In this document: piece by piece, positions 28,876-38,146 of the stretch
Layout of the letters: every line of letters begins with the position of its first letter
Position numbering within the stretch: the stretch's first letter is position 1
Virus record (IMG/VR): IMGVR_UViG_2162886007_000107
Coordinates: 62,001-126,000 of that record
Length of the DNA stretch: 64,000 bases
Strand: one strand, 5' to 3'
The notes under the pieces: model-generated
Told to the model about the DNA's origin: nothing
Seen by the model: only the letters and a program-made list of their open reading frames with translations
The model's database searches: none
Made by a program: the position numbers and the translations under genes

Positions 28876-30417
28876 TTGATGCGTACTGTTGCTAATATAG
28901 AAACAGCGAACTGTTACTTTAGAGTATCAAATTTCTACGGAGAATTCGCTGACAAGGTAATCAAGCGCTTTTGTAAATCGGAGCTTACTAAGTTCGAAAT
29001 GCAGAAGATCCCAGGGACCAGACACAAAATCTGGAAACCCACCCACGTATTTGCCAGAGCAGAAAACGATCACGAAGTTTACAGAATGCCTTTAAGTGTT
29101 CTGAACGACTTCATCAAGCATGCTCAGTACTGCGGGTATAACTCTGCCCGTATCAAAATGAGTGAGAAACCGATTGATCGGGTTACACACATCACTCATG
29201 CCTTGCGAGAGAAGTACCAAACTCCTAGAGAACACCAGGTCGAGTGGATTACATATCAGCTAGAGCCTGGGCCACTCAAGGTAAACAATTGCTTCACCGG
29301 TGGTGGTAAGACCTACATGGCCTTGTTCACTGCCGTAAAACTCAACACAAGGGCTCTGATCACCATTCAGCCTCGTTACATCCCGGTATGGCAGAAAGAC
29401 ATTGCTGAAATGTTTGATATCAAACCGGAAGACGTGGTCGTATGGGAATTCAGCGACTTGGTCAGATTGGGTGAGCTTATTAAGTCAGGCAAGATAGATC
29501 CTAAGTTTGTAATCCTGCCGACTACCCGCATCATGACTTACCTCAAGAATCAGCGTAAAGATCCTTCGCTACCATCGTTGGATGAGATTTTTGATGACAT
29601 CGGTGCTGGTCTGCGTGTGATCGATGAGGCTCACGAGAGCTTCCACGAAGTAGCGGTTTCCATGATGTACGGTAACCCTGCTAAGACCATCATCCTGAGC
29701 GCTACGCTTAAGGCTGACGATCCATTCTTGAACAAGATGTACCTCACCATGATTCCTAAGGCAATACGCCTTAAGGAGCCTGACAATGAGAACTACATCG
29801 ACATTGTCGCTTTCATGTATGACATTGACCCAAGGAAGTACAGACTCAATACTCAGCAGAACGGAACCTACAGTGATATTGCACTGGAGAAGTCTATTCT
29901 TAAGAGCCCCGAGTTAACTGACTTCTACTTTGAGCTTACGGACGCGATGTATCGTGAGTTCTATCTTGACAAGAAGGAGGAAGGGACCAAGTGTCTGTTC
30001 TTCTTTACCTTGATTGAGATGTGTCAAGTCATGTGTGAACGTTTCAGGGAAAGATACCCAGGAGAGGACTTCGATACGTATCTCGGTACGTTGGACAAGA
30101 AGAATCCGACGAAGTACTTGGAACATGAAAACTTAATCACCACACCTGGTAGCTGTGGTACTGGTAAAGACATCCCTGGGCTGGTTACCACTATCTGCCC
30201 ACACACGGTGTTCTCGACTCAACGTAACAAACAAATCATTGGACGTCTGCGTAATCTGTTGGGCAAATTCGGTGATCGCATCACACCGGTATTTGTGTTC
30301 CCGGTTTGCAAGAGCATTCCGAAACATCACGATTGTCTGGCTAAGCGCAGGATTGCACTTGCTAGCAAGCAGAAGTCCTTCCGTAAACAAGAATCCGGTA
30401 TGGCTATGGCAGCCTAG
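28876..30417 (+). CDS. superfamily 2 DExH helicase (phiKZ gp75-like)
   Basis: Walker A TGGGKT, DEAH, SAT and QIIGR motifs. Confidence 0.92.
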   Translation: MMRTVANIETANCYFRVSNFYGEFADKVIKRFCKSELTKFEMQKIPGTRHKIWKPTHVFARAENDHEVYRMPLSVLNDFIKHAQYCGYNSARIKMSEKPIDRVTHITHALREKYQTPREHQVEWITYQLEPGPLKVNNCFTGGGKTYMALFTAVKLNTRALITIQPRYIPVWQKDIAEMFDIKPEDVVVWEFSDLVRLGELIKSGKIDPKFVILPTTRIMTYLKNQRKDPSLPSLDEIFDDIGAGLRVIDEAHESFHEVAVSMMYGNPAKTIILSATLKADDPFLNKMYLTMIPKAIRLKEPDNENYIDIVAFMYDIDPRKYRLNTQQNGTYSDIALEKSILKSPELTDFYFELTDAMYREFYLDKKEEGTKCLFFFTLIEMCQVMCERFRERYPGEDFDTYLGTLDKKNPTKYLEHENLITTPGSCGTGKDIPGLVTTICPHTVFSTQRNKQIIGRLRNLLGKFGDRITPVFVFPVCKSIPKHHDCLAKRRIALASKQKSFRKQESGMAMAA

Positions 30418-30425
30418 GTGGTGAA

Positions 30426-30833
30426 ATGACAGCAAAGAGCCATTACACTCTAGTGGCTCCCGGTATTGGCACTGCTAATGGTGTGGTGAAACTGGTCTTG
30501 GAGGAAGCCTTAATCAGCTTCTTCCTTGGCTATTCCTTACCTGACGAGGTCTATGACGACTGCTGGTACTATTCAAATATTCGGGATCACTTCCTGGATG
30601 ATGACGGATATCCAACAAGAGCAGCCTGCGATAGTGATCAGGAGTATTGGAACTATTGCAGAGATCCAAGCGTGGGTATCAGGGAGCTGACTGAGAAGGT
30701 CTCAGGACATCTGGAGAACATCATTGAACTTAACGAACGTGGGATCAATGACCTCTACGATCGTAGGGTGTTCACTGCTCCCTTTGACATCGTTTTCCAT
30801 GGTAACGCAATAACCATGGTTTTCCGAGGGTAA
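30426..30833 (+). CDS. hypothetical protein
   Basis: Contiguous ORF with RBS. Confidence 0.75.
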   Translation: MTAKSHYTLVAPGIGTANGVVKLVLEEALISFFLGYSLPDEVYDDCWYYSNIRDHFLDDDGYPTRAACDSDQEYWNYCRDPSVGIRELTEKVSGHLENIIELNERGINDLYDRRVFTAPFDIVFHGNAITMVFRG

Positions 30834-30837
30834 AGAT

Positions 30838-31200
30838 ATGAAGCAAGAGGTAAGAGCTTTATTCATTAACACACCAGGGATCGAGGAGTGTGAAAACTAC
30901 TGGGTGGTTCAGCGTCTCATTGAACACCGTATCCGTTGTGTTATGACTGGTTCGGAGTTCTCTGATATTTCGCGAGATCTGGTGCTGAAGTTTCTGACAG
31001 CCCCGGATGACGCGGACACCCCGGAGAAGTTGAACCACTTCCTCACAGTGGAGGCTGAGCGCCTGCTGAACACGTTCAACCTTTACGAGCAACTGCCGGA
31101 CTACCAGGATGCAATCGCAAGCCTCAAGCCGTTTGAGGGGCTTTCTTTCAGCATTACTTCGATTACCATGACCGGCTTCCAGATTCTTATCTACATGTAA
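30838..31200 (+). CDS. hypothetical protein
   Basis: GAGG RBS; contiguous. Confidence 0.75.
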   Translation: MKQEVRALFINTPGIEECENYWVVQRLIEHRIRCVMTGSEFSDISRDLVLKFLTAPDDADTPEKLNHFLTVEAERLLNTFNLYEQLPDYQDAIASLKPFEGLSFSITSITMTGFQILIYM

Positions 31201-31210
31201 GGGAAAAGGT

Positions 31211-31870
31211 ATGACTACCTTTGTTCTTGAGATCAACCCAGAAACCAGGGAAGAGTTATACTCTGATATCGGTGAAGTCTTTATTGGGTTTGTCTTAATT
31301 GAAGCCTTGCACAACATTCTCTTGGTAAAGCGTCCGGGGATCCTGGGGGTACTTGATCAAATCGAGTTTCCTTTGGATCTACCAGACGACCACCCTGAAA
31401 TAGGACTGGCTGAGAATGTAGGCATGGAGGTAGATACTTCGGTCGAGTATTTGCTTGAGATCCTGAAGGGGCTGGACGTTGCAGTAGGAGCCATCTTGCC
31501 AGATGATGATTATGAGTATGGTTCCTACTACTACGAAATAGTAATGCAGAAGTTGGCGATTGCTATTACCTCTATTGAGGAATGTAACCAGCCTTCTCAA
31601 CTGCATTCTCTTTCAGAAATCTTTGGTAGTCCCAAGTACGCTAGTGGTTTCTCTTTCAAGGTGGTGCATTACCCTGATCGAGTTGTAGTTGTACTGAGTC
31701 CCAAAATGAATCCCCTTGGCATGGGTAAGCCTAGCGACTCTCTGGCTGCCTTGCTTAATGGCGGTGATCCAGAGGGTAACCAGTCCTACTTCTACGAGGA
31801 GGAAGTGTTGCAGATGTCTGAAGAAGCAACCATGTCGGCCATTACCCGAATGTTGGGCGGCGGATACTGA
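31211..31870 (+). CDS. acidic hypothetical protein
   Basis: RBS; ends before a terminator. Confidence 0.75.
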   Translation: MTTFVLEINPETREELYSDIGEVFIGFVLIEALHNILLVKRPGILGVLDQIEFPLDLPDDHPEIGLAENVGMEVDTSVEYLLEILKGLDVAVGAILPDDDYEYGSYYYEIVMQKLAIAITSIEECNQPSQLHSLSEIFGSPKYASGFSFKVVHYPDRVVVVLSPKMNPLGMGKPSDSLAALLNGGDPEGNQSYFYEEEVLQMSEEATMSAITRMLGGGY

Positions 31871-31879
31871 TAGACCTTG

Positions 31880-31936
31880 TACTACTCCCTAGCCCCGTTA
31901 AGGGCTAGGGAGTAGTATACTTTCTTTATTTTTTTT
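31880..31936. terminator. probable bidirectional terminator
   Basis: TACTACTCCCTAGCCC/GGGCTAGGGAGTAGTA followed by TTTATTTTTTT. Confidence 0.8.
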
Positions 31937-31937
31937 G

Positions 31938-33239
31938 CTATTTGATCGCAGTAGCCAGATCCAAAGTAACAATCTTGTTACCTGCAACGTGAGCAGCCTT
32001 CATCTTCTGCAACATGGCGTTGGTAGGCATACGGACTACTTCAGCACTAACCTGGTTCTTGTTGGAACCCAAACCGCTGCCACAGCACATGAAGCAGTAG
32101 TTGTCGTCAGGAGTGATGCAGAAGTTGGTGGTACGGATAACCAGCACCTTACCCATGTACTTATCAATAAGCTCATTGGTAATGAGAACAGACTCACCGC
32201 CGATGAGAGCAAAGCTACCAACCCAGTTACCTTTGGCAGTCTTGTCAATGGTGATAACCTCACCCCACTTAGTGCCGCAGTCGTCTTCAGCAACCACACG
32301 ACGACCTACAATCTTCAGGTAATCCTTAACCTTAGCACCGCCCTCACCAGTAGACATCGAACGGCTATACGAACCCACAACGGCCGTGTTGATGTAGTCG
32401 ACGATCTTCTCTGGATCCATACCGTCTTCCAGAGCCATCGGCAATGCCACCCAGCCAGTACCGTCAGCATTAGGCTCAACACCGAAAGCAATGAACATAC
32501 GTTTACGGGCGTTATCAATGAACTTCTTCTCAATGTAGAAGGAAGCACCTTCACTGTTGAGCTGTTCTTCCATGTCCATCTTGACCAGGATGTTTACCGC
32601 AGCAGTAAATGCAACCGGATCGTTAAGCTTCCCTTCTTTCTTGAGTGCGTCGAAGAGTTCCTTCTTCTTAGCCATGACCGTAGGGCTAGGCGTCAGACCT
32701 TGCAGGCCAGGCGTACGAATGTAGTAGGTACCCAAGCCTTCCAGGAAGTTAAGGTGCGTTGTAAACTTCATACAGGCGCTTACAGGGGCTTTACCTTCAG
32801 GTACTTCTTCCCCTTCAGCTGGATCATCTACCATGACTGAAGAAAGCAGACCTTTAACCAGATCTGCGGTGAACTCTTCATTCTTGAAAGGAACGATCGC
32901 ACCGAATACTTCCCAAAGAAGAACCACGTTACAGAGGATCAATCCAAAGACTGTCTCCTGTGGCACTCCTTTCAGCATCGGGTGGAAGTCACCAGGGATA
33001 TCTACTGGATCATCCATTACAAAGAACGGTTCTTTTACATCACCGTCCAGAGTAACTTGTTGTTCATCAATGATGGCTTGGAACTTACCCTTCTCGACAA
33101 ACACAGCCCCAGGAACCTTCTTGAACTGCTCGCTTGAGTCAGGTCCTTCAAACTGGATGGAAATAATCGATTGGATTGCCGCTTTCTCTGCATACCAGCG
33201 GTTAGCAAACCAGATCTTTAGAAAGTCAACCTTTTTCAT
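31938..33239 (-). CDS. virion RNA polymerase beta' C-terminal subunit (phiKZ gp80-like)
   Basis: GSYSRSMSTGEGG, EDDCGT, RTTNFC..CFMCCG, MLQKMKAAH. Confidence 0.85.
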   Translation of the reverse strand: MKKVDFLKIWFANRWYAEKAAIQSIISIQFEGPDSSEQFKKVPGAVFVEKGKFQAIIDEQQVTLDGDVKEPFFVMDDPVDIPGDFHPMLKGVPQETVFGLILCNVVLLWEVFGAIVPFKNEEFTADLVKGLLSSVMVDDPAEGEEVPEGKAPVSACMKFTTHLNFLEGLGTYYIRTPGLQGLTPSPTVMAKKKELFDALKKEGKLNDPVAFTAAVNILVKMDMEEQLNSEGASFYIEKKFIDNARKRMFIAFGVEPNADGTGWVALPMALEDGMDPEKIVDYINTAVVGSYSRSMSTGEGGAKVKDYLKIVGRRVVAEDDCGTKWGEVITIDKTAKGNWVGSFALIGGESVLITNELIDKYMGKVLVIRTTNFCITPDDNYCFMCCGSGLGSNKNQVSAEVVRMPTNAMLQKMKAAHVAGNKIVTLDLATAIK

Positions 33240-34198
33240 TTGTCTAGTACCAGTTTGTTAACAAACGCCTCCGCCTTAATCAATACCACTGGATCGTCAA
33301 TCCAGTTGTTGATGTTGACATTGAGACGTTCTTTGATGTGTGGGGAGTTGACGTCACTAATCAAGTAGAAGCCTGCCAGCTCCTTTACATAGGCAAGGAC
33401 ATTGTCTCCAGTGAGGTTCTGAGTAAGCGGTGCTAGTTCGGCTTGGAAGAAAGCCAGGAAGCTTTCCAGAGAGCCTCCCAGTTGACCGTTAAGACGAATG
33501 TGTTGCCAAGCTAACGTACCATCCAACAAATCCTTGTTGGCCTTTATACGAGCAATCAGAGAGTCCGGGAGTGCATCAGACAGATTCTCTCCGGACAAGT
33601 CATTCAGAACGGTTTGAAGGGTGATCTCACTAACGTCATCCAAGATGTCGTAATAGACTTCAACATCAAAATCTTCACCGTAGTACTTTTGCAAGCACAT
33701 GATATAACGCTCGGCTGGAGGAATGTCTCGCGATTCCAGAATACCAGCCATACCAATGAGATCTTGATAGCCTTGCACTTCGAACAAGAAGTGTCCTATC
33801 TTACATAAGGCTGGGAGTGTTTCTGCTTGTACCATCTCTTCGTTAATTGAGAATCCCAGCTGTCGTAGCAGGTTCAAAACACTCTCTAGCAAGATCTCGT
33901 AAACACGGAGTTTCTTCCCGGAGATTTCTTGCATCTCGTCGATCAACAGGTTGCTGATCTGATAAGGAACGAGGGTGCTAGGCCTTGCAATGACCGAGTC
34001 TTCATCCAGAGGCTGCTCCTCGTTATTAACGGGATTGCTGGAATCTGTAAGCAGAATTAAATTAAACGCATCAACCAATACTTTGGCTTGTACTTCAGGG
34101 ATAGTCTTCTTGAATTCTCTCCAAGGTCCCCCAATTACCGTTAGGGCAAGATCTTCATCTTGCTCCATCAAAATCGCTTCATCGGCTTGAATCAACAT
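33236..34198 (-). CDS. hypothetical protein
   Basis: Likely start MLIQADE at 34198 with GGAGAAAGGG RBS; ATGA overlap with the vRNAP subunit. Confidence 0.75.
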   Translation of the reverse strand: MLIQADEAILMEQDEDLALTVIGGPWREFKKTIPEVQAKVLVDAFNLILLTDSSNPVNNEEQPLDEDSVIARPSTLVPYQISNLLIDEMQEISGKKLRVYEILLESVLNLLRQLGFSINEEMVQAETLPALCKIGHFLFEVQGYQDLIGMAGILESRDIPPAERYIMCLQKYYGEDFDVEVYYDILDDVSEITLQTVLNDLSGENLSDALPDSLIARIKANKDLLDGTLAWQHIRLNGQLGGSLESFLAFFQAELAPLTQNLTGDNVLAYVKELAGFYLISDVNSPHIKERLNVNINNWIDDPVVLIKAEAFVNKLVLDK

Positions 34199-34240
34199 AA
34201 ACCCTTTCTCCACCCGGACTAAACAAGGAACATAGCATTC

Positions 34241-35035
34241 ATGGCTAACAAACAAACCAGCATGAGAGCCAAAAAGCAACAAAAGGCCAAGACTCGCCAA
34301 AAAGAAGTGCTCCGGAAAAAGAACCCGGCCACTCAAAAGGTTAAGCCAACTGATGCGCAACTCAAGTACGAGATCAGCAAACGCGGTCTGGTAGCCACGG
34401 CCAAGAAGTATCGTCGTGCCCTGGATAAGGGCGATACCAGCAACGGCCCTAGCCATAACGATATCTCGCAGGGTTTTATTACCTTCATTGATATCATGAC
34501 GCCGATCCACTCCGCCTTGGAAATCGCCGACATCCTGGTTAAAGAAGGCAAGATCACCTTCTCTGATGAAGAGCGGGCACAGATCAATGCTTTCGACGAA
34601 CAAATCGTTAAGGCCAATGAAGACATCAACGCCATCGGCGAGTTCATGAAAGAGGGCCTGGAGTTCCACGACTTCGCCGACCTGTTCGTGCACTACGCTG
34701 AACTGTCCGCCAACATGGCCACCGATACCGCTCCTCTGCTGTTCCGTCAGATCCTGAAGCCTTACGGCGTGATGATCAGCGAATACGCCCGTGAACACAA
34801 GATCACTGGTGAGGTCGATATGGCCTACGCAATGCGCATGCACGAACAGCGCATGAAAACTATCTACCCTCTCTACCGTACCATCCTGGACGACAGTCCG
34901 TTGGACGTTCCGGAAGAAGGCGATGATGCCGGCATTCCTCCAGAGTTCATCCCTGCTGGGGAGATCTCCGATGCCGAACTCGTCGGTGATGTTGTAGTCG
35001 ATGAACTCCGTGACGTCTCGCAAGGTGACAAGTAA
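34241..35035 (+). CDS. hypothetical protein (basic N-terminus, acidic C-terminus)
   Basis: AAGGA RBS; codon bias. Confidence 0.8.
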   Translation: MANKQTSMRAKKQQKAKTRQKEVLRKKNPATQKVKPTDAQLKYEISKRGLVATAKKYRRALDKGDTSNGPSHNDISQGFITFIDIMTPIHSALEIADILVKEGKITFSDEERAQINAFDEQIVKANEDINAIGEFMKEGLEFHDFADLFVHYAELSANMATDTAPLLFRQILKPYGVMISEYAREHKITGEVDMAYAMRMHEQRMKTIYPLYRTILDDSPLDVPEEGDDAGIPPEFIPAGEISDAELVGDVVVDELRDVSQGDK

Positions 35036-36738
35036 TGTCCGAAGAAAACAACAGCCCTGAACAGCAACCGTCTTCTGAAAAGAAGCCGACGGCTAAGTAC
35101 AGTGAAAAGCACACCCCTGAAAACACTTCGATGAAGCATCGCCAGGATCCACGGGATTTCATTATCCGGGACCTGACCGAGAAAGAAATCGAAGACGGTT
35201 ACATGACCATCTTCATGGGTAACACCAAAGCCAGTCGCGAACATGCTCATCAGCTGATTCGTCCGTACATGGACTTGATCGTTATCCGTGATCTGCATCA
35301 GCGCGGTAAAGTCGAAGACGACATCCTGCGTAAAGCAGAAGATGACTGGGCTCGTTTCGTTGAGACCAACTATCCAGAACACACCCTGGAAGAAATCACC
35401 ACTCGTGCTCAGCACCTCATGGAGTTCCACAACGAAATCCTGGATGAGCTGCGTCAGCGCAGTAACGCCATTCGTGAACCGGGCATTACCAACGTCTCTG
35501 ACCGCGGCGGTGTGATCACTGGTGATGTGGTCGGTCGTACTCCAGGTCTCGGTACCAAGGGTCTGAAACCTTCGGCCATCATGCGTCGTCGTTCTGCTCG
35601 TGCGGAAGATGGCAAGATGGCTTTCGACATCATGCTGCGTAACTCCTTCATTAAGAGTACCATTGCTCGTCCTGGTAAAGGTCAGCTCGGTATTCTGATC
35701 GATGAGATCAAGGATGAGATCAAGGGTTACGTCCGCAAGGTCAACAACAACATGGCTGTACTGGCACGTATTGCAGTAGGTCGTGTGTTGTGGCGTCACT
35801 ACATCAAGTTGCTGACCAGCACCAGTGTGAACGACATTGCTGACTACAACCAGTTGGCTCGTATCGTTCGCTGGTCTGACATTGATGCCATTGCTGTGGG
35901 TATCCTCAATGCCTACACCAACAAGGGTGTGAACCTGCATCTGGTGTGTGGCAACCCAACCTGCGACTGGAATCGCATGGGTCTGGCGGATGTAGAGAAA
36001 TTGCTGCATATCCGTCCTGACTACGATACCGATGAAGAAGCGGCGATCTTCGCTAACCTCTTCAACGAGAAGGCGACCTACACCTCCGAAGAAACCTTGG
36101 CTCTGATCCGTGAAACCAAATACGGTCTCGAAGACAAGCGCGTGTACAACGAAGACAACAGCATCTGCCTGGAACTGGAATCTCCTTCCATGGCCGACGC
36201 CTTTGCCTCCTTGGACTTCTTCCTCGGTCGTGTTAACCCACTCATCCAGGGTATCCGTGAACGGAACATCTCGATGGAAGAGTTCGAAGAGAAGCGCAAC
36301 ATGCTCTTCATCGAACTGGGTGCCACTGAGTACATGCACTGGGTAAGCGCCTTTATCTCGGTTGCAGCTCCTGGCAGTGACGAGAAGGATGTTGTCCTGC
36401 GTCGTAGCGATGTCGAGGATCAGGCTGACTTCAACGAAGGTGTAATGGATATCATCCAGGACAGCCAGTACCTTCAAGAGAACCTGACTCAAGGTATCCT
36501 GCGTAAGACTCCGTTCATGTCGAAGACTTTCGCTGGTGTGCAGAACTACTGCTGCCCGAAATGCAAGATGAACCAGGATATCTTCGAGGACCCTGAAGGA
36601 CTCAAACAGCGTAAGTTGGGTTACACTCCAATCGATCCGCTCATGAGTTTTTTTATCCTTATCCAGTTGATTCAAGTTCGTCAGGCAACCGAAGCGCTAG
36701 AGGCAAGGGCAAAAGCCCTCTCCGCATTGGAAAACTGA
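35035..36738 (+). CDS. putative tail/baseplate assembly chaperone (T4 gp26 / lambda gpG-like), with a probable -1 frameshift extension
   Basis: CxxxxC and CPKC metal sites; ...PIDPLMSFF encoded over a T-TTT-TTT slippery site. Confidence 0.6.
   Translation: MSEENNSPEQQPSSEKKPTAKYSEKHTPENTSMKHRQDPRDFIIRDLTEKEIEDGYMTIFMGNTKASREHAHQLIRPYMDLIVIRDLHQRGKVEDDILRKAEDDWARFVETNYPEHTLEEITTRAQHLMEFHNEILDELRQRSNAIREPGITNVSDRGGVITGDVVGRTPGLGTKGLKPSAIMRRRSARAEDGKMAFDIMLRNSFIKSTIARPGKGQLGILIDEIKDEIKGYVRKVNNNMAVLARIAVGRVLWRHYIKLLTSTSVNDIADYNQLARIVRWSDIDAIAVGILNAYTNKGVNLHLVCGNPTCDWNRMGLADVEKLLHIRPDYDTDEEAAIFANLFNEKATYTSEETLALIRETKYGLEDKRVYNEDNSICLELESPSMADAFASLDFFLGRVNPLIQGIRERNISMEEFEEKRNMLFIELGATEYMHWVSAFISVAAPGSDEKDVVLRRSDVEDQADFNEGVMDIIQDSQYLQENLTQGILRKTPFMSKTFAGVQNYCCPKCKMNQDIFEDPEGLKQRKLGYTPIDPLMSFFILIQLIQVRQATEALEARAKALSALEN
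36648..36654 (+). other. putative -1 ribosomal frameshift slippery heptamer T-TTT-TTT
   Basis: In-frame XXXYYYZ; the -1 frame is open without a stop through to 37196. Confidence 0.65.
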
Positions 36739-37196
36739 GTCGATACAACAAGGGTGCGTTTAGTGTTGTCCATGAGAACATTACGCGTAACTTGCTGGGT
36801 AAGTCTACTAAGGAGATGCTTCCTGAGACTTTGTATTTCAATGAGCGCATGCTCTATGACTTCAACATGGAGTACTACACTCCTAAGAATCAGGATCCAT
36901 TCTCCTCGGTAGGTTGGTTCAAGGAAGAGAACGAATACTTCCACCCGCTGTCTTTGAGTATGTCAGGTGAAACATACGGCTATCACAAGCTGCATGAGAT
37001 CATGCCTATCAAAGACTTCTTTGAAATGCCAAACGTTATGGTAGAGGAAATCCTTGACTCTGTATCGCGTGGTTTGAAGAAGCGGGAAGAAGCAGAGGCC
37101 GCTAAAGCCAAAGCCAAGGAAGACAAGAACCCAGACAATATCGAAAAACAGCTTGGAGCAGAGCTTCGTAAAGCTGGTATCAAACTGGATAGGTAA
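36654..37196 (+). CDS. -1 frame extension (gpT/gp51-like) of the 35035 protein
   Basis: Open from the slippery site; no well-spaced RBS/start of its own; MPIKDFFEMP..ILD motif. Confidence 0.6.
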   Translation, partial: YPYPVDSSSSGNRSARGKGKSPLRIGKLSRYNKGAFSVVHENITRNLLGKSTKEMLPETLYFNERMLYDFNMEYYTPKNQDPFSSVGWFKEENEYFHPLSLSMSGETYGYHKLHEIMPIKDFFEMPNVMVEEILDSVSRGLKKREEAEAAKAKAKEDKNPDNIEKQLGAELRKAGIKLDR

Positions 37197-37204
37197 GTGT
37201 CTAC

Positions 37205-37238
37205 TCCCTGCCTCCGCAAGGGGGTGGGGGGTATTTTA
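37205..37238 (+). terminator. hairpin terminator
   Basis: CTCCCTGCCTCC-GCAA-GGGGGTGGGGGG followed by TATTTT. Confidence 0.5.
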
Positions 37239-37291
37239 TGCTGACAGCAAAAGCATTATAACGGTTAACCGGTAAATAAGAGAGATTTCTC

Positions 37292-38134
37292 ATGGCAGAC
37301 GAAACTAAACCAAGCGGTATCGCCGCTCTGCGTCAAGCGGAAGAGCAGATCATCACTCAGCCACCAGCTGAGCAACCAGCCCCAATCGAAGGCGAGCTGA
37401 TCATCCTGGACAAAAGCCTCCTGGAAACCGATGCCAAGGACACTCCTGCTCCTGAAGCTCCCAGTGAAGCCGCTCCAACTGTTCCTGTGGCCGAGCAATC
37501 GAGCCAGGAGTATCAACCCCCGGTCACTGAAGAACTGCAGCCACAAGAGCCTGCACAACAAGCTCCTGCTCCAACCGCCCCGGAAGCTCCTGCCGCCGCA
37601 TCTGAAGAAGCTGCTGGCTATGATGTCACCCCTGCGCTGGTTGAGTCGGGTGAAATGGTTGCGGCTAATGGTAGCGCGACTTCTGGCGTGATGCTCTCGC
37701 GTATCGCCAAGCACATGTCTCACCTGACTGGTAAGAAGGGCTTCGGTAGCAACAAAGAGCGTTGGGAAGAACAAGCCTCGTTCATCGAGTGTGTCGGTCG
37801 CTCCCTGGGTCTGCCTTATGACGACTACGTCATGGTTACCAACGAGCTGATCCAACAGATCCGTGACAACCTGAAGCTGTTCACCTCCGGTGATGCTTAC
37901 CGCTTCATGCACGACCTGACCACCAAGTACCCTGAAAACAAACCGGTCAAGTACCCGAAAGAAAGTGCTGATCGCTATCAGGCGTACATGTCGTTCCTGA
38001 CTACCATTGCCCGGAACTACACCACTCGTCATCGTCTGCGTACCAGCACTGACGTCGGTTTCGCAACCAAAGACATGAACATGGTCGGCAAGCAAAACGT
38101 CACCAAGTTCTTCACTCAACTCACTGCACAATAA
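37292..38134 (+). CDS. hypothetical protein with a P/A/E/Q-rich N-terminus
   Basis: ORF with strong codon bias. Confidence 0.8.
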   Translation: MADETKPSGIAALRQAEEQIITQPPAEQPAPIEGELIILDKSLLETDAKDTPAPEAPSEAAPTVPVAEQSSQEYQPPVTEELQPQEPAQQAPAPTAPEAPAAASEEAAGYDVTPALVESGEMVAANGSATSGVMLSRIAKHMSHLTGKKGFGSNKERWEEQASFIECVGRSLGLPYDDYVMVTNELIQQIRDNLKLFTSGDAYRFMHDLTTKYPENKPVKYPKESADRYQAYMSFLTTIARNYTTRHRLRTSTDVGFATKDMNMVGKQNVTKFFTQLTAQ

Positions 38135-38146
38135 TTGGCGGGCATC

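Noticed and set aside
34199-35023. N-terminal extension of the 595-aa minus-strand ORF
   Set aside because: It lies antisense to the real 34241-35035 gene; a good RBS and ATG at 34198 give the true start
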